64,000 bases of DNA from positions 72,852,001-72,916,000 of the forward strand of contig NC_045697.1 of assembly GCF_009834535.1 (NCBI RefSeq). The letters are read 5' to 3'. This DNA comes from Camelus ferus. Taxonomy: Eukaryota. Positions 28,806 to 41,159 of the stretch are shown in pieces. The position numbers and the translations under genes are program-made. The notes under the pieces are model-generated. The model was not told the DNA's origin and searched no databases. It worked only from the letters and a program-made list of their open reading frames with translations. The stretch's first letter is position 1; every line of letters starts with the position of its first letter.

Positions 28806-29169
28806 CGCGGTGGGTCTGCAGCCCCGGGTCCCTCGACTCACCCACCGCCAGCCCGGGCCGACTCCCGTGAAGTTCTTTGCCTCTTGCTTGCTTTGCTGCG
28901 GAGCGGACCTTAGCCCCTCCCGGAAGCGAAATAGGGACGGTATCACAGCCCTTGCTGGTTAAGCGATGCTCTCAACCTGCAGGTGATGGGGAGCAAGGGC
29001 GGCACTTTCTCCGAGGAGTTTGCTAATCTAGCAGGCAGAAAGGATGAAATGGCCGGAAAGAAAGGTGTTAGGGGCAGTCACTAGCGGAGAAGCCCGGCGC
29101 GGTCCCTGCGCGAGTTCCGGGCGCCAGCTGGAGCACCGAGGCTCAGGCGCCGCCGCGAGCTTTACGGTC

Positions 29170-29217
29170 TCTTATAGTCCCTGCTTCGGTGACGCTGTGG
29201 GGGCCGCGGCACTGACG
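29170..29217 (-). promoter_or_regulatory. Putative TACR3 core promoter: TATA-like box with two upstream CRE half-sites
   Basis: Minus strand reads TATAAGA at 29176-29170, ~370 bp upstream of the ATG. TGACG/CGTCA half-sites lie at 29190-29194 and 29213-29217. There is no minus-strand ATG between this element and the TACR3 start. Confidence 0.55.
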
Positions 29218-30129
29218 AACCCCTTCGTGGGCTACCATTGTGCTGCTTTCTTTCAGCCCGCCCTTCGGATTTCATTCACTAGCTCCTCGTGGGAGCTTGG
29301 CGGGTGGATACTCTCTAGGAAGGGCTGCACTTTCTCAGATGCAGTTAAAATCTTTACAAGATTGCTTTCCCTCTTTCAACGTCAAGATATTTTGCTGAGG
29401 TCCCTGCTCTCATTTATTGTGAGCTGTTCTTTTCTAAACCAATTAAACCATTCACCTGTAAGTCATGATCCCAGGAGATTTTTCGAAAATAGTGTGAGGA
29501 CTCTGCGCACCGTGTGCCTCGCGCTTTGTTTAGGTGTCACCGGCTTTTGGAATTTCACTCAACTTACTGCTTGTGTGTTTCTGTCTTCGCTTTTCAGATG
29601 TCGTTTCCTCTTGCTCCCACTTCCAGAATCCACCCATCTTCCCCCTTCCTCTAATCTCTGTCACCAGGAAGGAGTCCCCTCGGCTCCGCTTATCCCTAGG
29701 TAGAGGGAGACTGGTTTTTCATGGAGAATTCTGCTCAGATTGGAATGACCGAACACACTGAGGGTAAACCAGAAATCCCAAGATGTAGATGTTTCTTAAA
29801 ACATGGTGACAAGACTTGAATTTCTTCACTTCCCTGGGATAATTGTATTCTGTAAACAATCTAAATACATACACATAGCTATACGGTTTTGGACATTTGG
29901 AACCTTGGATTTCAGAGTCTGATCGTGAGGACACACAGATGAAAATAATCTTAATTTCCTGGGCAGACAGGCCGGCCTGACTTGTGAGTTTTGGATTAGA
30001 GCAGGTGAGGTAGGGTGTCCAGTGGATTACAAGCTGGATAAAGTAGTCTGTGCTTAGATGGACCTCACCGGCAACATAGCAGGATGTTCTAGAGCCAAGA
30101 CTTGGTTTTATTAGTCTCTTGGGGGCAGG

Positions 30130-30710
30130 TGAGAAGGGATTTAGGGTTACACATATGTTAGCAACCCCCCCCAAAACACTTGAACGCTCCGAGCCTTGAT
30201 TTCTTCACTTAAAAATGAAGATTTAAAAAAATCTAGTTTTTATTTTTAAATTTTTTTTAGATTCCACATATGAGTGATCTCATACGGTATTTTTCTTTCT
30301 CTCTCTGGCTTACTTCACTAAGCATAAATACAAAACAGAAATAGACTCACAGACATAGAATACAAACTTGTGGTTGCCAAGGAGGTGGGGGGGTGGGAAG
30401 AGATAGACTGGGATTTCAAAATTGTAGAATAGATAAACAAGATTATACTGTATAGCACAGGGAAATATATACAAGATCTTATGGTCGCTCACAGAAAAAA
30501 AAATGCGACAATGAATATATGTATGTTCATGTATAACTGAAAAATTGTGCTCTACACTGGAATTTGACACAACATTGTAAAATGATTATAAATCAATAAA
30601 AAATGTTTAAAAAAATCTAGTTTACAGGGTAATTATGGGGACGAGTAGTTTCAACAGCCTTTCAGCAGCACAAGACAGGAGGGAGACCTCAATAAACGTT
30701 AGTGCCCCTT
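30130..30710 (+). mobile_element. MIR split by the inverted L1
   Basis: Removing the L1 and one TSD copy restores gagccttgatttcttcacttaaaaatgaagatttaaaaaaatctagtttacagggtaattatgggg, a MIR core-like sequence. Confidence 0.55.
30240..30608 (+). mobile_element. Young 5'-truncated, 5'-inverted L1 with TSD, inserted in a MIR
   Basis: An antisense L1 segment (30240-~30325) is joined to a sense L1 3' UTR (~30325-30608). Direct repeat tttaaaaaaatctagttt at 30222-30239 and 30606-30623. Confidence 0.9.
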
Positions 30711-32855
30711 TCCCTTGTTGTCATTGTGTGTTTCATCTAAACATTTTTGGATTAAATGTATCAGAGCAGCAAGTTCTATTTGCTTCAAGAGAAGATAGCT
30801 TGTGATTTAAGAGCATTCTGTAATTTATTTCCTGGTTCAGTACCTATTCCTCAAAAACTCTGTTTATTGTACAAATGGACTTAGGGCTACTGGTAATGAA
30901 TAACATTTTCCTTCTTTAATTTTTTTATGACAAAAAGGTAATATATATAAATAATTTTGAGACAACCTGATAATTATATTGACACAATCCAGCTTCAAAA
31001 TACCATGCTGAAAATGATAATTATCAAGGGTTACTATTTTCTGTTTCTTCCCAGAAAGGCCTGCAAAAATATGTAATAAATCATAAGTAAAGTTAATAGA
31101 GATTCCACACTTCCTGCTTACTAATTTTAAATTAAATCATTTTCTCATGAAAGGCAAATTACTTCTTTCTATCAACTCACCATCTGAAATTACTTGAGTT
31201 ACAAATGAAAGCCTCTTCTCTAATGAAATCAAAGAAGAATTAAAAAAATCCTTTGTATGACACACCATTTATCAAGATTACAAAATGGACCATGTTGTGG
31301 TTTGGTAGTTATGCATATTTTGATCAAATATTTAAAGTTGTAAAATTACTCAGCTGTGTAGGAATCTATTCAGTTTATACTGTTGCTTTACTTATCCATA
31401 CAGAACATTATAAGTCTGTGATCTTGTCCTTATTAGACTTAACACATGAGTAGAGATGATATGAGAAAAATGAGTGGTGATGGAATTAGAAGAAGTTACA
31501 ATGAAAGGGGTGTAAAGTGTTGTTTACTTTCAGAGGAAGAGAGGGATGCAGGTCATGGCTTTACTTTTGGACTTGCTTTACATAGAGAGAATCCCCCTGT
31601 GTCCCAGTAGGGTAGTCGTTACCCATTCATTCCTTCAGTCATTCCTTTAACATGTATTGAGTGTACTTCCTTCCAGGAGCTATACCAAGTACTAGGGAGG
31701 TAGCAATGAAACAACCAAATGTGAATTCTGTCCTCAGGGAGTCTGCAGTCTAGCAGTATTTTTTGACATTAAAACAAGTATTGTGAGTGGTAGAATAGGC
31801 AAATTCTGAGAAAAATGAGAATGTGTAGCTAAGTAGGAGGATGTTGTGCCCACTGGATTCTGGACTCTGTCAACTTCTCTTAAAAATTTCTTTGTGAGGA
31901 TAAAATGAAGTGCCAAAAAGAAAGATAGGCTAAGCAGAAACTTATGCCTTAAAAGATGGGAAGGTTTAGGAGATAATGGTTACGGAGGAGGTTTGCCAAC
32001 TAAGAGAATTTGATGAATAATATGGCCATTGTAGCTCCAGAGTCTGAATCCTGCCCTTATCTGAGTCACTCTGCTGGTTTTCCAGTTCTTTGTCTTACCA
32101 TAAGAACGCCAAATGCCTTAGCCTTGGACCACTGAGGAAAGGAGCCGAGAGGCTGAAGATACGGTAGCACACTAGGTGACGTAGAGAAGAATCCTATACT
32201 CCCACATTTAAGACCTGGGAGTATTTGTGAGAGTGTCCCTATGCAAATGCATGAGGATACTGGGAGATTAGCCAAGCATGGGACCCCAGGAGACATTAAT
32301 AGGTTTTAGATAATAGTGTGTAAATCTTGGTTTGACTGCATAAATGTAATACAAATTATGATTATTTATGTGAATGCTTGAAATTTATTCTTGATGCAAG
32401 AAATGTTTGCCTATTTTATTATGCACAATAGATTACATTTCTTCCAAATTTTATTTACTCTCCATATTTTCACTTAGAATACATACTTGTTATGTTTCCC
32501 AGTGATTTGCTAACAATTTACACTAATAGAATGGATGCTGGTCATATATTAATTATTTTTTCCTGTCTTACAATTCAAGGAGATAATATGGCATATTTCA
32601 TACTTGTATTATTTTAACAGGCTTCCTAAAAAATACGTATAACAGAGTAGAATTTCAGGTAGTGTTGCTGGCTAGTAAAGGAGTTATTTTTGGGAAAAAA
32701 AAAGGTTGTCAAATTTCTAGATGTCTGTCTCCGACAATAATCTTCTGTTTGACAGTTCTCTTACATTTTTTTCAGTATGTTAATTGTTTCCCACTATAAT
32801 GAAAATTTCTTTTTCACTTTAATCAGTGACAGATTCTGATAGTCCATTCTTTGAC

Positions 32856-32963
32856 TCTTTTTTAAAAAATACATTTTTTAATTGAAGTATAGTCAGTTTA
32901 TGATGTGTCAGTTTCTGGTGTACAGCACAGTGCTTCGGTCATATAGGAACGTACATATATTCA
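32856..32963 (-). mobile_element. Extremely truncated young L1 3' tip with TSD
   Basis: ttttttaattgaagtatagtcagtttatgatgtgtcagtttctggtgtacagc matches the 3' tip of the L1 at 63225-63849. Flanked by cattctttgac at 32845-32855 and 32964-32974. Confidence 0.85.
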
Positions 32964-33649
32964 CATTCTTTGACCTTGCTTTATGTTTTTTCCTTCTATT
33001 GTTTCATCGTCCTTGCTTTGCAGTTACATTGGATCATTTCTACCCTCTGAATTTTGGACTCCTACAAACAGGCTGCTGAGTATTGCTGACAACCAATCAA
33101 TCAATCAAAAATCAATACATCTCCACTTAATTGTACTCCTTAGCAATTCTTGCTGTCTACCAGACACCCTTTCCATGTGGGTCTGTGATCAGTTCCCAGC
33201 TATTCCTCAGTTCTCTTTCTTTTCCATCTTCCTTTTTATGCTCAACATACTATATTGTTTCCAATTTATCTGACAAAATTAAAACCATCAGCTAAGAATT
33301 TCACATTTCTGTTCATTTCATCCATTTTTTAGTCATTTCTTATTGTCTCTGTGGAAGTGGTTTACTTCTTTTATCTGTACTGCCTGTTCTTTCAACAATT
33401 CCTCTCTCTTCTTTTCTCTTGAACACCTCTTTAGGACTGAGACATCCAAGGATCTATATAAAAAGCCCTTTCCTGACTGCATTCTGATTTAGTTACCACT
33501 TTATCTCTCTTCTTTTATTCCTAGGTGATCTTTTTAAACGAAATATTTATTTGTCAGTGCTCTGTCCTATCAATTACCTGCATGTTAAACCACACTTTCA
33601 CTTTCCATCCTTAATTTTCTTGACCTCTCTGTAGCATTAGCATTTGACA

Positions 33650-34065
33650 TTTGCGTTAGCTTCCTAGGGCTGTCATAACACGTTACCACAGATGGACTAG
33701 CTTAAACAACAGAATTTATCCTCGCACAGTTTGGGAGGTTAGGAATCAGAAAACAGGATGTGAGCAAGGCTGTTGTTGCTGTTGTTGTTGTTGTTGTTGT
33801 TGTTTTGTTGTTTTTCTGGAAGCTGTGAGGGAGAATCTGTTCCATGCCTTCTCTCTCCTAGTTTCTGTTGGTTGCTGGCAATCTTCAGTGTTCCTGGATT
33901 TATAGATACATTACTCCAATCTCTGCTGTCATCACATGATATTCTCCTTGTGGGTCTTTACATCACTTTCCCTGTGTATTTTTCTGTGTCCACATCACAC
34001 TTTTCTCTTAAAGTCATCAGTTACTGAATTAAGACCAACCCCAAACTAATAGACCTCGTCTTCTG
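33650..34065 (-). mobile_element. MLT1-type MaLR LTR with an internal (GTT)n expansion
   Basis: ttagcttcctagggctgtcataaca...cttaaacaacagaatttatcctcgcacagtttgggagg...gtgagggagaatctgttccatgcct. (GTT)n run at 33771-33804. Confidence 0.8.
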
Positions 34066-34079
34066 CAGTCACTTCAGCC

Positions 34080-34970
34080 TCGACAGTACCCAAGCTGAAC
34101 TCACCTTCAAGGTCTTAAACCTTTTCTTTCCATTTTTCCCATGGTGATAAGGAAATGAATCTGGCTGAATTTAGTTACCCAAACTAGGAACTGGGGAATT
34201 ATTCTAGATTTCTTTGCATTTTTCTTTCTTTCCTTGTTCCACAAATCCAGTCACTTACCAACTCTGGTAGAGTCAGCATTCTTGGAAGTTCTTATGTCAT
34301 CTGTTCTTACTTCTATTCTCACTGATACTTTCCTACTTTAAATTTCTATTAATTCTGTGGATTCTGTGACAGGCTCATGATGGATCACTTTGATGAATGG
34401 ATCACCGCTGATTTTAGTCAGCATCATACCTGTCAACTATGCTTGGCAATGGTTTAGAGAGATCTTTCTAAACAAAAAATTAGATGGATTATCTTCCTGC
34501 CAAAAATCTTTCAGTGGAAATCAAAAAGTCCCTTCGATACTAGGTCCCTGTTTGCTTCTTTAACTTTATCTTTTCCTTCTTCCTTTCCTGGTTCTTCACT
34601 TTAGCTATCTAGAACTACGGGCAATTCTTCCAGCGTATCTTATTCTTTTACACATCATGTTTTCACAGTTCTGGTTCCTCTTCCGGGAATACCTTTTCCC
34701 TTCCTACAATTTGTCACCTATTCTTTAGATTTTGTTTTGATTATTTCTTTTTTGAAGAAACTTCCTATCATGGGGCAGTCCATTATAGTACCCTGTTTAT
34801 GTCATTAGCTTGGCTCTTCTTACACCATCCTGTAATTACTGATTTACCTGTATGTCTCCCCAGCTAAGATATAAGACATTTAAGAGCCAAGTATGAACTT
34901 TATTCAGCTGGCTACCTGAGAACCTATACCAAGTATATGTAAATGGAACCACTAAATGCTTAACACTAAA
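34080..34970 (+). mobile_element. LINE-2 3' fragment
   Basis: Pyrimidine-rich L2-like body (caagctgaactcacc, ccaaactaggaactggggaattattctaga, tgtatgtctccccagctaagatataag). Confidence 0.55.
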
Positions 34971-36999
34971 TTATTTAAAAGCACATTTGATTTATAAAAA
35001 TAAGACCTTTCAGAAATAAAGTTTATTTTATTGGATTTGTTATTTATAGGTGAAATTTATGTTGTATTGAAAATGGTTATTTTAGAAGTTAATTTGTGTT
35101 TTAAATATTAGGAAGAAATAATTTTATGATTTATGTAGGAAAATACACTGATATGTTTTACATAAGAAGTAATATACTGGTCTTTTCCCCTTTCCCTTGC
35201 CCTAATGAGATTAATACCGTCTACCATTATCACTAGATTCACAGAAGATCGTATTAGATTTTATTTTGATAGTGAGTTTGTAATTATCTCAAGGTACATA
35301 TTCTTGTGCACTTAATAGAATGCCATATTTTATGAAATCATTTGATTTACACACATACACACAGAATATTCAAACATCACATTCATTCCCTACAACAAAA
35401 TACCATATTAAATATTCACAGAACTTCAGTTTTTGTTTCTCTTTTGTATAAAATATATAATAGAAAATGGGGGATTTTCTTCTATTGCTGAGTAACTTCA
35501 CTAAAAATATTTCTTTCATACCCTCTAATTACATATTAATAGAAATAAATAATAAGTATCCACAATTATTCATTCTATTCACCAGGTTACTGGTAACATC
35601 TCCAATTCTTGTGTGTATTTTCCCTGTCAAATTTCAGGCAAAGAAATGTGATACAGATATTTATAGTTCACATTTCAAACAGTGAGTTTGAGAAAGCTTT
35701 GTACATTAAATCAGCTGAGAAGGTTTTGTAAAATCTCAGTAAAGAAAAATTGTATAATTCCACTACACTGATTGGTAATGTAAGAAATTAAATTATTTGG
35801 AAGTATACTTGGTTTCCCAGAATCTCCAAATGAATCACTTGTGGAAGGGAGACTATAATAGTTTCTGATACATGATACAGAGAGCTATATTAATTTTATA
35901 TATAATTAACTTTCCCTGAAAATGTGCAATTTTCATAAAAGAGAACCTAAAATTATCTTTCTTGTTTTGCTCATTTTTGTCATTTTTTTTCTTGTGATTT
36001 AGTTCTTGTGTTCATATTATGTGGAATGGGTTTTCATCCATATGGTTAACTGCTTCCTCTACTACTTCTATATAAAAAATAATGACCTGTACAGCTTAGG
36101 TAAAAAGAATAATAAGATCTTTGAAACACAGTAAAGTATTTTGAATACATAACTCTTATTTCTCTGATGTAATTTTTTTCTTCTTTCTTTTGTTCCTTCT
36201 TTTAAAGCAGAATACAACAAATGCTCAAAAATTTGGATATTTATAAACAGATCTTTTTTATAAGCTTTAGTTGAAAAGATGATTTTTTTTCTGGATCTTT
36301 AAAAGACTTGAAAACTCCAGTGTTGTGGCAAGAAGCTACTCAGCATTCACTCAGTCAGAAAATATTTATTGAGGTGCTGTTTTAGGTATAGAAATTATAC
36401 AGGATTTTGCTTTGATGCAACTTGACTATGGAGTTTTTCTAAATATATTATACCTTTTTCTTAGGGACAGATACTATGAAAATATTTTATCAGCTACTTT
36501 TTAAAGATTGATTTTACATTTAATTTAATTAAATAGCTGTTATTTATGGAGCATTTATTCTGAAAGGCACTGTACTGACATAAATCTTAACTTTATCCTT
36601 AAACACTACTAAAGTACATGAGGTACCTACTTTACAGAAACAAAAGCAGAGACTTCAGGAGGTTAATTTGTCCAAGACACAGAGATGGTAAATGGAGGGA
36701 GAAACTTTGCAGTATAAAGAAATGGACTCACTTGCAATGTTTGAAAAAATTTAATGTTGAAGATAATATTTAAAAAGAGCTTTAAATTGCAGAATGACAA
36801 CTCATCTGTTGTTTATAGCTCTTACAAACCAAGAACTGGGTGGGAAGCAATTAAAAAAAAAGAGCAAATCCCTCTCCCCTTCAAAATAGCAAGCACTCTT
36901 AAAATAATAACCCAAAATACTGATGTATAAATTATTAAGGAAGTAGAAATTGGTATCCTATAAAGCAATATAGGATCTTAATTATTACTATCACAGTCT

Positions 37000-37370
37000 T
37001 TGAGTCCAGTAATTTCACTCCTAGTGATTTGATCTAAGGAAATAGTCAGAAATTCAGACAAAAATTTATGTGCAAGAATGTATAGTGGCATGATATTTAT
37101 GAAGTCAAAATGTAAAGGCATACATGTAAAATAATTTTGGCATGTTTGAACTTGGTATCTTCAAAGAAGAGTTTTATCCTGTCACTTGAAGAGCATATTT
37201 TAAATGTTCTAAAATTAGATAGAAATGATGGTTGTACCACACTGTGAATGTACTAAATAACACTGAACTGTATACTTTAAAATGATTTAAATGGTGGATT
37301 TTATGTTTTGTGAATTTTGCCTAAAATTTTAAAACATAAAATTTTATGTTATGTGAATCTTACTTAAAAC
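37000..37370 (+). mobile_element. Old L1M 3' fragments
   Basis: ttgagtccagtaatttcactcctag, and aatgttctaaaattagatagaaatgatggttgtaccacactgtgaatgtactaaataacactgaactgtatactttaaaatg. Confidence 0.6.
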
Positions 37371-37824
37371 AGGAAACTTTATCAAAGAAAAAAAGAGCTA
37401 GAGTCAGAAAAATTCATGTCACAATAAAAATTTATACAAAAGAATCAACTCTAGATGTACTCAATAAAGTTATTCAACCACTTGGTCTCTAGATAAGGAA
37501 ATAATATTATATGTTGCAGGCAAAAAATAAATCACCCATAGGTTTAATAAATCATTCTGGTCTCAGAATTTAAATGATAACATTGCCTGCTGGAATAGAG
37601 TTGAGGAATTCTTTAAAAATTCTTAGGGAAATAAAACTGTGTTTGAAAAAAATTTATCTCATTGATTAAACTCTTTTTCAAATGTTAAGATAATAGAAAG
37701 ACATTTTTAAATACACAGGGTCTCAGGTATAGCACTGATGAGTGTCTCATAGAAGACAAACAAAACTACAAGAAACCAACAAACAAGCAGACAAAAATGC
37801 AAACAGATAATCTGTTTGGAATTA

Positions 37825-39065
37825 AAACCAAACCTCTTAGAATAAACATAGGCAAAACATTATCTGACATAAATCTTAGCAATGTTCTCTTAGGGCAGTC
37901 TACCCAGGCAATAGAAATAAAAGCAAAAATAAACAAGTGGGACCTAGTTAAACTTACAAGCTTTTGTATAGCAAAGGAAACCATAAGCAAAACAAAAAGA
38001 CAACCTATAGAATGGGAGAAAATATTTGCAAAAGATGAGACTGACAAGGGCTTAATTTCCAGAAAATATAAACAGCTCATACAACTTAATAATAAAAAAC
38101 AAACAACCCAGTCCAAAAATGGGCAGAGGACCTAAACAATCAGTTCTCCAGTGAAGACATATAAATGGCCAATAGGCATGTGAAAAAATACTCAGTATTG
38201 CTAATTGAGAAATGAAAATCCAAACTACAGTGAGGTATCACCTCACACTAGTCAGAATGACCATCATTCAAAAGTCCACAAATGATAAATACTGGACAGG
38301 GTGTGGAGAAAAGGAACCCTCCTACACTTTTGGTGGAATGTAGTTTGGTGCAACCATTATGGAAAACAGTATGGCGATTTCCTCAAAAGACAAAAAATAG
38401 ACTTACTGTATGATCCAGCAATCCCATTTCTGGGCATGTATACAGAAGGAACTCTAATTTGAAGATACATGAACCCCAATGTTCATAGTAGCACTATTTA
38501 CAATAGCCAAGATGTGGAAACAACGTAAGTATCCATCAATAGATGACTGGATAAAGAAGGTGTGGTATATTTATACAATGAAATACTACTCAACCATAAA
38601 AAAGAATAAAATAATGCCATTTGCAGCAACATGGATGGACCTGGAGACTGTCACTCTAAGTGAAGTAAGCCAGAAAGAGAAGGAAAAATACCATATAATA
38701 TCACTTATATGTGGAATCTGAGAAAAAAAAAAAGACAAATGAACTTATTTACAAAACAGAAATAGACTTAGAGACATAGAAAACAAACTTATGGTTACCT
38801 GGGGTGGTGGGGGTGGGAAGGGATAAATTGGGAGTTCGAGGTTTGCAGATACTAACTACTATATATAAAATAGATAAACAACAAGTTTATACTGTATAGC
38901 ACAGGGAACTATATTCAATATCTTGTAGTAACCTATAATGGAAAAGAATATGAAAATGAATATATGTATGTATATGTATGACTGAACTATTATGCTGTAC
39001 ACCAGAAATTGGCACAACATCTTAATCCTTCAATAAAACAAAACAACATAAACAAACAAACAAAA
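37825..39065 (+). mobile_element. 5'-truncated L1 (ORF2 C-terminus and 3' UTR)
   Basis: ORF2 remnants [35 protein letters not shown] and MFIVALFTIAKMWKQ...WIKKVWYIYTMKYYSTIKKNKIMPFAATWMDLE, then a 3' UTR and a (CAAA)n-like tail. Confidence 0.95.
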
Positions 39066-41159
39066 TGCAACCAACAAAAGCAGACTAGAATAGTTATGGT
39101 TTAAAGACTGGGACTGTAGACTAGACCATATGGGTATGATCCATAGTGATAACTCCGAAGTGGTTGATATTGTCACTGCCAATGTTTTTAAACATACACA
39201 TGCATAACATAGTCAGAGATGTGGGGATTAGCTACTACACTCTAAAGAGCAAATAACAATATCAAAGTCACCCTTGAGAATCCTCTGTATCACTTATAAA
39301 GTATAGTATGTGTGCACACCATATTTCCTAAGGAATAAAATAGCTAGTCTTCAAACTGGAATATATTGCTGCTGCTTCAGTTTAGCACAAGATAAAGTAT
39401 TACATTGTATTCAGGGTCTAGCTGGTATAAAATGCACATTTAAACACTAGAATCATAATTATTTGTACAAAACAGTGAGAGCTGAGAATGACTGAATCAA
39501 AGGTTCACGTCTCCTACCTCCTCTTCTCCCTCAATAACTAAATGAAGGAGATAAGAAGTGTATTATCTGAACAACGTAGATCACATCTCTCCTTCCTTTC
39601 TTTTCTCCCTGCCTCTCATTCCATTTTTTACTTTCTTTGTTTTCCAGGTATATTTATTGAAATTTCAGAAAATTAAATGCATATATGATGTAATTCCATA
39701 GTGTTATATGGTGATGATAATTTTGCCGCCTGAAGTCTTACTCTCAAGTAGTTTGGAGACAATTTTCCAGAGAAACAAAAACATATTCATACAAGTTAAT
39801 TTAAAAAATAATTCTAGTAACCTTGGGATTTGTTTACTTTTTTGTGTAAGAGGAGAAAGGGTTCTTGTCAACTAAGTATGGGGTGGTAGATCAAACGTGT
39901 TGATTGTCTGCAAACTTTGGAATTTCCCATGTTATTGCAAGACATACAGGAGACTAACTTAAGAGAAAAATTAATCTTTCATAACTTATTAAAGTATCTA
40001 TCCTCGAAATGTAAGGACTGCTGAATTTGAGGGGGAGTGGTTGGGTAATTTAGCTTCTTTTTAGTCCTCAAAATAAGAGCTCCTTGGAGAGCTCCTCTCT
40101 GTTAATTGAATCAAAGTTAATCAGTACAATTGTAGGAGTGCATGATTGGTGTATAATTTCTGTGCCACACATTCATTTACTATCATTTAAAGGAGGAATC
40201 AGAAAGTAGTGTGTATAGGAGCTGCTGATACCTTTATTTGCATATGCTCCATTTATGGTTGGCATAATTTTTCATTTGAAATATGATCACTGCATAAGCA
40301 CCACAGAAATGGAAGTATATTAAAGAGAAAATAGGTCAAATTTGTTCGTAAAAGTGTGCAGAATTTTCTGGATGCACATTTATTCCCAAATGTTCTTAGT
40401 GGTCTAAGAAGATTTCTAATATAATCTATTATCAAATCAGCATTTGACATGGTTTAATCTAAATATGGTTTAGATTAAAAATTCAAATATAACTAACTCT
40501 CAGGTACAAATTACATTCTAATCTTTGTACTATTATATGCTGAGTAGTGTGGTATTCTACAGATTATTAAGAGCTGAAAAGAAAGAACATACTGTCAATT
40601 ATGTATCCTTATTGATTTATAAATTACACATATCATATGATTGCACTAATGTATTACATACATTTAAAATATTCAAAAATGAAAAGGCAAGATGAGGCCA
40701 TTGACAATAGTTTTAAAAATATATATGTGTAGCATCTTAGTATGTAATCTCTGTTCATACAATGTAGCTTTGGTCATGGGAATGAAAATTCTCTTTACTT
40801 CCATAATTAATTTAAAATTATATAATGATGGTGCATAGGCATTTCCCTCACAACCTCTACAAAATAGTTAGCAACCCTGCTACTTCCGTGGCTCCCTTTA
40901 CAGTTGGGAGTCAACAGGTGTATCTAGAAATGACCGTCCTAGCTTTTATAGTATTGATATACTTTCTAATTGATTGAAATGTACATTTTTTCCCTCTTTC
41001 TTCCCAAAAAGTCCTATCTTCTTCCCTGGGAACTTTTGGAGTTCTTTAGTATTTCAACAGTTAAAGATATTATACTTGATAGTGAAGTATCTGTAGGTGC
41101 TAGTTCACATATGATTGGCAAATGAGGGAATGAGAACTCTATATTGAGAAGTTGGTACA

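Larger units (their letters stand above)
28250..29310. promoter_or_regulatory. CpG island covering TACR3 exon 1, 5' UTR and promoter
   Basis: Abrupt switch to GC-rich, CpG-dense sequence against an AT-rich, CpG-poor background. Confidence 0.9.

Noticed and set aside
28806..28946. 47-codon in-frame N-terminal extension of TACR3 in the ORF track
   Set aside because: It starts at GTG rather than ATG, with an in-frame TAA at 28959-28961. The ATG at 28805 has a strong Kozak context and matches the known NK3R start.
28180..28962. Overlapping alternative-frame and antisense ORFs (168, 172 and 78 aa) over exon 1
   Set aside because: Shadow ORFs of a GC-rich coding exon, with no independent evidence.
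29128..29152. Possible RE1/NRSE element (ggagcaccgaggctcaggcgcc)
   Set aside because: It lacks the GGACAG right half of the consensus; the match is too weak.
29044..29703. 219-aa plus-strand ORF starting at an ATG and crossing the TACR3 promoter
   Set aside because: No recognisable domain, and it starts in stop-poor GC-rich CpG-island sequence. Best explained as a chance ORF unless ribosome profiling shows otherwise.
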